DNA from: Syntrophales bacterium
GTDB taxonomy: Bacteria; Desulfobacterota; Syntrophia; Syntrophales; PHBD01
Direction: 5' to 3'
Assembly: GCA_963668175.1 (NCBI GenBank)
Contig: OY764159.1
Span: 2,336,001 to 2,400,000 of the forward strand
Length of the DNA stretch: 64,000 nt
In this document: piece by piece, positions 56,554 through 64,000 of the stretch
How the letters are laid out: each line of letters starts with the position of its first letter
How positions within the stretch are numbered: position 1 is the first letter of the stretch
Translations under genes and position numbers: made by a program
The notes under the pieces: model-generated
Database searches by the model: none
The model's input: only the letters and a program-made list of their open reading frames with translations
What the model was told of the DNA's origin: nothing

Positions 56554-57999
56554 TTACTTTTCCCCGGCGGCGTTCCTGCCCGCGATGCGGCCGAAGACGA
56601 CGCAGTCCGCCGTGGCGTTGCCGCCCAGGCGGTTGGCTCCGTGGATGCCGCCGGCGACCTCGCCCGCCGCGTACAGCCGGGGGATCGGGTCGCCCCAGAT
56701 GTCGATCACCCGCGCCTGCGTGTCGATCCGCAGGCCGCCCATGGTGTGGTGGATGGAGGGCCATTGGGCGACGCCGTAGAAGGGGCCCTCGGCAAGGGGG
56801 ATCATCTGGCCGGTGATCGGCTTGTTGAAATCGGTGTCCTTGCCGCCGGCAAGGAAGCGGTTGTGTTTTGCAATCGTCTCCGCGAGCGTTCCGGGCGGCA
56901 GTCCCATCCTTTCCGCCAGCTCCTCCACGGTATCCGCCCGCCACAGGCGCTTCCGGGCGATCCCCCTTTCGATCTGCTCCGGGGTCGTCATCATCGGCAC
57001 CATCGGCTGGTTGAAGATCGTGTAGGCCGGTTTCCCGCCCAGCCGGATTTCGGCGCGGGAGACGACGTCGCGCCGCTCCATCTCGCTGACGAAGCGCCTG
57101 CCTTCCCGGTCGACGAAAACGGCCCCGTTGCTGGGGGCCCGCGACGGGTAGAGGGCCCAGGCGTCGAGGACGCCCCGGTTGGGCTCCGCCGTCGGGTAGA
57201 GCTGGATGAAGGCCAGGTGCAGCGCGTCGGCTCCGACGGCCCGGGCGTAGCGGATCATCTCCCCTGTGGCCCCGGGATGGTTGGTGGTCGTGTACTCGGG
57301 GCCGAGGCTCGGGTTGAGGGACATCCGCATGGCGATGTCGCGGCTGAAGCCGCCGGAGGCCAGGACGACGGCCCTGCGCGCCTTCATGTTCAGAAAGCGG
57401 TCGCCGGTTTTTATCCGGACGCCGAGAACGGGACCTTCCCAGCCCCGCCGCCATATCCAGGTGACCTCGCTCTCCAGGCGCAGCGCTGCGCCGTTACGTC
57501 CGGCGATCCTCTTCAAGGCCTGGACAAAGGATTTGCCCTTTCCGTCGCTGCTGACGTGGCTCCGGTAGGCGGAATGGCCGCCGATGCGGTTCAGCATGGG
57601 GCGAAGCTCCAGGCCGCCCTCGTCCATCATCCAGGCAAGGGCATTCGGGGACTCGTCCACAAGGATACGGACCAGGGCGGGGTTGTTGTAATAGTCGCCC
57701 CCCTTCATGGTGTCCTCGAAATGGAGCTGGGCGCTGTCTTCGCCACGGTTCAACCGACGGCGGAGGTCGAGCTTGTCCGTCCAGGCGCAGTAGCCGCCGC
57801 CGCTGATGATGGAATTGCCGCCGTAGACCGGCCTCTTGTCGACGACGAGCACCCTGCCGCCGCGGGCAGCCGTCTCCGCTGCGGCCGCGAACCCGGCAAA
57901 CCCGGAGCCGGCGACGATAACGTCGTATTCCTCGTCCCATTCGGACGGCGGCTCCTTCATGCCGCGCCCGACGCCTGCCTGCGTATCCGTTCCGTTCAA
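56554..57999 (-). CDS. Flavocytochrome-c-type flavoprotein (soluble fumarate/urocanate reductase-like), no export signal
   Basis: GSGFAG, GGNS, HHTMGG, GGIHGANRLGGNA. TTG start after AGGAGG; alternative ATG at 57960. Confidence 0.88.
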   Translation of the reverse strand: MNGTDTQAGVGRGMKEPPSEWDEEYDVIVAGSGFAGFAAAAETAARGGRVLVVDKRPVYGGNSIISGGGYCAWTDKLDLRRRLNRGEDSAQLHFEDTMKGGDYYNNPALVRILVDESPNALAWMMDEGGLELRPMLNRIGGHSAYRSHVSSDGKGKSFVQALKRIAGRNGAALRLESEVTWIWRRGWEGPVLGVRIKTGDRFLNMKARRAVVLASGGFSRDIAMRMSLNPSLGPEYTTTNHPGATGEMIRYARAVGADALHLAFIQLYPTAEPNRGVLDAWALYPSRAPSNGAVFVDREGRRFVSEMERRDVVSRAEIRLGGKPAYTIFNQPMVPMMTTPEQIERGIARKRLWRADTVEELAERMGLPPGTLAETIAKHNRFLAGGKDTDFNKPITGQMIPLAEGPFYGVAQWPSIHHTMGGLRIDTQARVIDIWGDPIPRLYAAGEVAGGIHGANRLGGNATADCVVFGRIAGRNAAGEK

Positions 58000-58265
58000 A
58001 GGGGCCTCCTTTTTTAGCCGTTGGTTCAATGACCTGTCGATTTTTACACGGTCCGCTGTCCCCCTGTCAATTTTGAAATTGCGCGGCGTCGAAGGAAATA
58101 TCCGATGCGGAGCGAACGCGGCCCGCGGCCCTTGCGGCGGAGGGCCGCGGCTCTCACGGACGTTCTGCATGATTTGGCGGAAGAAACGCGGATGATGTTT
58201 TACGAGAGGGGGCTGGAAGCGGAGAAAGACGGCCCGGCGGCGTCCGGCGGAAGACGGGCCGACGG

Positions 58266-61200
58266 TCAGCGGGCGGGAGCCGCATCGCCCATGATCTTCT
58301 TTACGGCCTGGGCGATGACGGGAAGGGAGACGGGCTTCATGATGAATTCCCGGATGCCGATACGCTTCGCCTCGTCCTCGTCGATCCGTTCGCTGAATCC
58401 CGTGGTCATGATGATGGGGAGGTCCGGCCTGATCTTCAGCATCTCGCGGGCCAGATCGGCGCCGGTCATATTGGGCATCGTCATGTCCGTGATGACGAGG
58501 TCGAACCTTTCCGGCCGCTCCCTGAATTCCGACAGGGCGTCGAGGCTGCCGAACCGAGCGATCACGTCGTAGCCCAGGGAGGTCAGGATGTCCCTTTCCA
58601 TCGAGGCGATGAGGGCTTCGTCGTCGACCAGCAGGATGGAGCCGCTGCCTTTGGGGACGGTCGTGATCTCCTGGGAGTCGTTTTCGTTGCGGATGTCGAT
58701 CAGAGGCAGCAGGACCGTGAAGGTTGTCCCCCGGCCGGGTTCGCTTTCCATGGCGACCGCGCCGCCATGGTCCCGGACGATGCCGTACACGACGGACAGG
58801 CCCAGCCCCGTTCCCTCGCCCGGCTTCTTCGTGGTGAAAAAGGGATCGAAAATCTTCTCCCTGATGGCGGGGTCGATGCCCTCCCCGGTGTCGCGGACCG
58901 TCAGTTTCAGATAGCTTTCCTGGGTGAGGCGCACATCGTACGGCGGATGGTCGCCGGATATCCGTTCATGGCTTAAGATGACTTCCAGTATCCCTTCGCG
59001 GTCGCGCATGGCGTAGGCCGCGTTCGTGCACAGATTCATGATCAACTGATGGATCTGGACGGGGTCGGCAAGGACGGTGTCGAACCGGGTGTCGCTGTGC
59101 TGGCGGATTTCGATCGTGGTCGGTACGGACGACCGGAGGAGCTTCAGGGCCTCCTGGACGATCGGTGCGACGGCGACCGGCCTCTTCTCCTTTTCCCTCT
59201 GGCGGCTGAACGTGAGGATTTGCGATACAAGATCCTTCGCGCGGTTGCTGGCCTTGAGGACCTGATCCAGATAGCCGAGGATGGTGACGTCGGCCGTCTT
59301 GTATTTTGCCAGCTCGACGTAGCCCATCATCGCCCCCAGCATGTTGTTGAAGTCGTGGGCGATGCCGCCGGCCAGGGTGCCGATGGCCTCCAGTTTCTGC
59401 GCCTGGCGCAGCTGGTTTTCGAGCCTGACCGAATCGGTGACGTCCCTCTTCACGGAAACGTAACCCGTGTGCTCGCCTTCGGCGTTGACCATGGGGCTGA
59501 TCGTGACATCGTCCTGGATGAGCCTGCCGTCCCTGTGCCTGTTCGTGATGCGGCCGGTCCATATCCCGCCGCCCTTGATCGTATTCCACAGGTTTTCGTA
59601 GAAGGCCCGGTCGTGGACGCCGCTTGCCATCATGCTCGGGTTCTTCCCGAGCGCTTCCGCACGGGAATAGCCGGTGATCTTTTCGAAGGCGGGATTGACG
59701 TACCGGATGATCCCTTCCGGGTCGGTGATGACGACCTCCTCGGCGGCCTGCTCGACGGCGATGCTCAGCCGCTGCAGTTCCTCTTCCAGCCGTTTGTGTT
59801 CGGTGACGTCGCGGACCGTGATCGTGAAGCCGGAGATGACGGGATCGTCGTAGAGATTCCTCCCGACGCCCTCCATGATGAGGATGGTGCCGTTCTTATG
59901 CAGCAGGCGGAAGCTGTTGGGCACATCGCTGCCCGACGTCCCGGCAGCGGCCTCGAAATCCTTCGCGGCCCGGCGAAGGTCTTCCGGAACGATCAGGCTG
60001 AAACCGCTTGTTCCTGTCAATTCGTCGGGCCGATAGCCGAGAACGCGCTCCACCGAGGGGCTGCAATAGGTGATCGTTCCCAGTTTGTCCACGATGAAAA
60101 GGACGTCGACGGAATTCTCGGTGATCGCCCGGAAATATTTTTCGCTCCGCCGCAGGGCCTCCTCGGTCGCCTTGCGTTCCGTGATGTCGAGAATCTGCCC
60201 GATCGTAGTCACTTTGCCGGATGAGTCGCGTACGGCCACGGCGTTCGTCTCGAAATACAGCTTCCGTCCGCCCTTGGCGACGCCGACGAATTCGTAAGAG
60301 GAAGGCACCTCCCCGCCCTTCCGCCTTTCTTCGTAGCGCTTCGCGACGAGCGGCAGGCTCTCCTCGGCGACCAGGTTGCGCATATCCATGCCCATGAGCT
60401 CTTCGCGGGAATATCCGGATATCTCGCAGAGCTTGTCGTTTACGTAGGAGAAGCGGAAATCGTCGGCGGAAGTGTAGATGCCGGCATAGGACAGCTCCAC
60501 GATGGAGCGGAAGAGCCGCTCCGAATCATGGAGCTTCTTCTCGATGTTCTTGCGCTCCGTGATGTCCAGCCCCATGGAAAGAAGACAGGGTTCGCCCTCG
60601 ATGTTCACCAGTTCGCGCGACACGAGCAGCGTGGATATCCGGCCGTCTTTGCTTGTGGAGGTCACCTCCCTGCTCTTCACCGAGCGTTTCTCCCGGATTT
60701 CTTCGACGATCCCGCGCCAGGTATCCTCGTCGTAAATGCCAAGCTCTACGGGCGTGCGGGCGATGGCCTCCTCCCGCGTGTAGCCCGTGAGCTTCTCCCA
60801 GGCGTCGTTGACCTCCAGATGTTTCTGGGTGTCCATGTTGGCGATAGTGATCCAGGCCGGGCTGTTCCTGAATACCGTGGAGAACCTCTCCTCGATGATC
60901 CGCCGAGCCTTTTCCGCGCACTTGCGTTCGGTGACGTCCCTCGACACGCCGTGGATGCCGACCAGAGCGCCCCGGTCGTCGCGGATGGGATTCAGGACGC
61001 TTTCCATCCATAAGGCGGACCCGTCCTTGTGGAGGAATTGGAGGTCGACCTTGACACTCCTGTCGGGGTCCGCGCCGCCCGTATGCTCCCGCTCAAACTC
61101 GGCGGCGAGGATGGCCATGCCTTCGGCGAAAGATTCGGGCGCGACCCGTTCGCGGAAAGGGCGGCTCCGGTATTCGTCCGGCGTGAAGCCCAACGTTCCA

Positions 61201-61970
61201 TATACGGAGGGACTGATGAACGTAAGCATGAGATTCAGATCCGTCGTCCAGACGATATCGCTCATCCTGTCCGTCACGAAGCGGTACTGCCACTCGTTCC
61301 GGGACAGGCTGGCCGTCTGTTCGTTCACCTGCCGCGCCATGTCGGCGAGGGACTCGCGGAGCGCCTCATTGGCCGTCCGCAGCCTGCCCTGGTCCTTCTC
61401 CCGGTTTCTCTCGTAAAGGTACGATAGCGCCGCCACCAGCAGGAAGGACGGGATGAAACTGGAGGCGAATCCCAGGCTGTAGGTGGTCATGAAGGGTGTT
61501 TCGGGGCGCAGGAAAAGGAGAAGGGAAACGGGTGCGAGAAAGAGCATTGCGGCGGCTGCGCCCCGCCGGGCGTTCAGGATGAACATGGCCGTCATGGGGA
61601 AGAGATAGGACCAGAGATAGACGGGCCGTTCGATGCCGCTGAAAAAGAAGAGGAAGAAGCAGAATATCCCGGAAACCGCTATCCCGGCGATATTGACCGT
61701 ATCGTGGCGGATGATCGCTCTTCTGTGGCAGGACAGAAGGCCGGCGATGACGAAGGCGAACAGCCAGGAGCCCCAGCCCATGGCCGCTTCCCGCATGATC
61801 AAGCTGACGCTGCCGATGACGGCCAGCGCGAGCAATACGACGCCTGCGCTTGGATAGACGATGCGGGCGATGCGGTACGATTCCTCGTTGCCGGGCTGAA
61901 AGAGCCACTCCGGAAGAATCGCCCCTTCAATCCGGTTCAGGGCGGCGTTTGATGTTGCGTTGTCGGTCAT
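58266..61970 (-). CDS. Membrane-bound multi-PAS hybrid histidine kinase
   Basis: N-terminal multi-TM region; five PAS/PAC repeats; GGIAHDFNN; FFTTK; GTGLGL; receiver ITDMTMP...KP. Confidence 0.94.
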   Translation of the reverse strand: MTDNATSNAALNRIEGAILPEWLFQPGNEESYRIARIVYPSAGVVLLALAVIGSVSLIMREAAMGWGSWLFAFVIAGLLSCHRRAIIRHDTVNIAGIAVSGIFCFFLFFFSGIERPVYLWSYLFPMTAMFILNARRGAAAAMLFLAPVSLLLFLRPETPFMTTYSLGFASSFIPSFLLVAALSYLYERNREKDQGRLRTANEALRESLADMARQVNEQTASLSRNEWQYRFVTDRMSDIVWTTDLNLMLTFISPSVYGTLGFTPDEYRSRPFRERVAPESFAEGMAILAAEFEREHTGGADPDRSVKVDLQFLHKDGSALWMESVLNPIRDDRGALVGIHGVSRDVTERKCAEKARRIIEERFSTVFRNSPAWITIANMDTQKHLEVNDAWEKLTGYTREEAIARTPVELGIYDEDTWRGIVEEIREKRSVKSREVTSTSKDGRISTLLVSRELVNIEGEPCLLSMGLDITERKNIEKKLHDSERLFRSIVELSYAGIYTSADDFRFSYVNDKLCEISGYSREELMGMDMRNLVAEESLPLVAKRYEERRKGGEVPSSYEFVGVAKGGRKLYFETNAVAVRDSSGKVTTIGQILDITERKATEEALRRSEKYFRAITENSVDVLFIVDKLGTITYCSPSVERVLGYRPDELTGTSGFSLIVPEDLRRAAKDFEAAAGTSGSDVPNSFRLLHKNGTILIMEGVGRNLYDDPVISGFTITVRDVTEHKRLEEELQRLSIAVEQAAEEVVITDPEGIIRYVNPAFEKITGYSRAEALGKNPSMMASGVHDRAFYENLWNTIKGGGIWTGRITNRHRDGRLIQDDVTISPMVNAEGEHTGYVSVKRDVTDSVRLENQLRQAQKLEAIGTLAGGIAHDFNNMLGAMMGYVELAKYKTADVTILGYLDQVLKASNRAKDLVSQILTFSRQREKEKRPVAVAPIVQEALKLLRSSVPTTIEIRQHSDTRFDTVLADPVQIHQLIMNLCTNAAYAMRDREGILEVILSHERISGDHPPYDVRLTQESYLKLTVRDTGEGIDPAIREKIFDPFFTTKKPGEGTGLGLSVVYGIVRDHGGAVAMESEPGRGTTFTVLLPLIDIRNENDSQEITTVPKGSGSILLVDDEALIASMERDILTSLGYDVIARFGSLDALSEFRERPERFDLVITDMTMPNMTGADLAREMLKIRPDLPIIMTTGFSERIDEDEAKRIGIREFIMKPVSLPVIAQAVKKIMGDAAPAR

Positions 61971-62389
61971 GGCTGCCTGGTCGATCTCCAAAAACACGAT
62001 CGGACGGCGTGAGTAGCCGACACACTTTCCCGGCCGGCTGCCGTATAAGCCCACATTAACCAATTATCGTGCCAGGATGCCCGGAAGCGCGGAATAAGTA
62101 AAAAAACGACGAATAATAGAGTAGTTATACAGGATGGGGGGATGCGCCGGGCGGTGCGGTCCGGCCATAATCCGCCCGGAACGTCCATTTTAACGGAATA
62201 CGTCCGAAAAAGTGGACGGGTTTTAAGGCTTTATGATGTTGACGGGGAATAACGGCCGGGGGCTCAATCTTGAGGTATCGGGACGGCGAGAAGCGAGGGC
62301 AAAAGACGGGAGCCGGGCCGGACGGTTGCCGGTCCCGGCCGACTCCCTTCGGGAAAATCGCGTTCAAAGATGCCTTGTCCCGCCCGTCG

Positions 62390-62635
62390 CTGCGATTTGA
62401 GGACCTTATAGACCGCGCAGAAATCCTCGTCCGCCAGGCCTTCCTGTTTCGCCTGCCTGCACGGTTTGTGCGTTGCGGCGGCCGTGAAGAGCGGCAGGTT
62501 GAGCCGGTCGCCCAGGCCATCGCGAGCCGCATGTCCTTCTGCATGTGTTTCACCGGGAAGGCTGCGGTGCAGTTGCCCCGGGAGATAAGGTTCCCATTCA
62601 TGAGGAACATGCGATTGCCCGCGGCGCCGGCGTGC
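62390..62635 (-). pseudogene. Frameshifted 3' remnant of a beta-hydroxyacid dehydrogenase (3-hydroxyisobutyrate/glyoxylate reductase family)
   Basis: AGAAGNRMF...AAFPVKHMQKDMRLAM, then in a shifted frame LGDRLNLPLFTAAA...GLADEDFCAVYKVL. Confidence 0.75.
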
Positions 62636-62644
62636 TCAGGACGA

Positions 62645-64000
62645 TCATCGGCCGGGAGCGGGCAGCCGTGCCTGATTCCGGCCGAACAGTGAGGCGGTGA
62701 AGGCGTCTTTCTTTCCGATGAGGAATGCGAGGGACATGACGGCCTCCTGGAGCGCCTGCACCTGGCTGTTCAACCCCTGCGTCACCGAGGCGGCCCTTTC
62801 GGCGCTGTCCGCCGTCTGCTGCGTGTTCCTGTCGATCTCCGTGATCGCCTTCCCGATCTGTTCGATGCCGACCTTCTGCTCGTTGTTCGCCTTCGCGATA
62901 TCGCGGATGGCCTTGGTGACCCGCTGAGATATATCCTGGTTGTTGCGGATTTCGCCGGAGATTTCGTCAAAAAGCACGGATGCCGTCTTGATCTTGGAAG
63001 CCGAATCGGTGATCAGCCCGGTCGTATTCTTCGCCGCATCCGCCGCCCTCATGGCCAGGTTCCGCACCTCCTCGGCGACGACGGCGAACCCCGCCCCGAC
63101 CTCGCCCGCCCGGGCCGCTTCGACGGCGGCGTTAAGGGCGAGAAGATTGGTCTGGAAGGCGATTTCGTCGATGGTCTTGACGATATGGGTCGATTCCTCG
63201 CTGGACGTCACGCTTTGCCGGATGGCGTCCTGCATCTTTTCCATGTTCCTGACGATGGTATCCAGGCTGTCGGCCGCATCCGTCGCGATCAGCCGGCTTG
63301 CGTCCTCCGCATAGGTCACGTTGCTGTCCGTCACTTCCGTCAGCTGACCCAGCGATGCGGAGGTTTCCTCGACGGCCGACGCCTGTCTCTGGGCGCTGTC
63401 CGAGAGGCCTTCCCCGGCGTCGGCGATATCGCCCGAGGCCGCGACCAAATGGGTTGCGCTCTCCATGAGGCTGTCCGCCACGCGCACGATGGGTTTCGTC
63501 ACGGAGCGCATCAGGAAGAACCCGAGGGCCGTGGCGAAAAGGATGCTTATGCCCGTCGAAATCAGGAGGCCCCATTCGACCGTCTTCGCCTGCCTGTCGT
63601 TGCTCTCCGCGACTTTCTGCGCGTTTTCCCGGGTCATGTTGAGGAGCGCCGTCAGACTCTGTTCCACCCCTTTCGCCGCCGTCGTTCCGGTGGAACTGAT
63701 GGCCGCCATGGCTTCCGCGGGTTTCCTCTCCCTGACGAGCTTGACGTACATGGGCCGGCGGTTGCGTTTGTAATCCGTCAGGCTTTCCTTGAGGGCCGAA
63801 AACTCCTTCCTGATGGCCTCGTCCGCGATACCCTTTTCGGCTTCCGCCATTTCCTGATCCATTTTTTCGGTGAGCTGGTTCAGTTCGCTTTCGGCCTTGT
63901 CCCAGCCCTTGCCTTCCGTGTCGATGATCATATTGCGGGAGATCACCCTGGTCTTCTGGTAGAGGATGCCGACGTTGCCGATATGGATGATGGGTCTGGT
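62645..64000 (-). CDS. Methyl-accepting chemotaxis protein (5' end outside the window)
   Basis: Four-helix sensor, TM segment, signalling hairpin [37 protein letters not shown]. Confidence 0.95.
   Translation of the reverse strand, partial: TRPIIHIGNVGILYQKTRVISRNMIIDTEGKGWDKAESELNQLTEKMDQEMAEAEKGIADEAIRKEFSALKESLTDYKRNRRPMYVKLVRERKPAEAMAAISSTGTTAAKGVEQSLTALLNMTRENAQKVAESNDRQAKTVEWGLLISTGISILFATALGFFLMRSVTKPIVRVADSLMESATHLVAASGDIADAGEGLSDSAQRQASAVEETSASLGQLTEVTDSNVTYAEDASRLIATDAADSLDTIVRNMEKMQDAIRQSVTSSEESTHIVKTIDEIAFQTNLLALNAAVEAARAGEVGAGFAVVAEEVRNLAMRAADAAKNTTGLITDSASKIKTASVLFDEISGEIRNNQDISQRVTKAIRDIAKANNEQKVGIEQIGKAITEIDRNTQQTADSAERAASVTQGLNSQVQALQEAVMSLAFLIGKKDAFTASLFGRNQARLPAPGR

Noticed and set aside
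1..64000. CRISPR array, tRNA, rRNA, prophage or intact transposase/integrase
   Set aside because: No regularly spaced repeats, cloverleaf or rRNA-like segments, phage structural genes or full-length recombinases were seen by eye. DUF5131 alone does not indicate a prophage.

Overview
GC-rich bacterial chromosomal window of about 45 genes. The gene content (many PAS hybrid kinases, Tat flavoproteins, ADP-forming acyl-CoA synthetase) suggests an anaerobic Desulfobacterota/Syntrophales-like organism, but that is inference. Main blocks, in order: (1) an orphan cysteine-protease-like gene, a methyltransferase and a PAS hybrid kinase; (2) an IclR-controlled uronate operon (TRAP dctP-dctM-dctQ, kduI, kduD, kdgK, eda) plus a secreted TIM-barrel protein; (3) an accessory zone with two copies of a TA-flanked MITE (one splits an IS200 tnpA remnant), an AT-rich tandem-RHH/DUF2225-like gene, a secreted Zn-dependent PLC/P1-fold protein, and a fluoride riboswitch with a visible anti-Shine-Dalgarno switch in front of a CPA2 antiporter; (4) a NitT/TauT ABC transporter, an HD hydrolase, a run of orphan lipoproteins and a DUF4384-like + CHASE2 cyclase pair; (5) a Qac-type SMR pump, a triple rhodanese, an SDR, two Tat flavoproteins and a B12 radical SAM; (6) alpha-2-macroglobulin/pbpC; (7) an AT-rich tcmP + DUF5131 islet; (8) TetR, a beta-alpha acyl-CoA synthetase, a flavocytochrome-c-type flavoprotein, a membrane PAS kinase and a partial MCP. 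Several 3'-end gene remnants mark past rearrangements. I saw no rRNA, tRNA or CRISPR array. All family calls come from motif recognition by eye, with no database searches.
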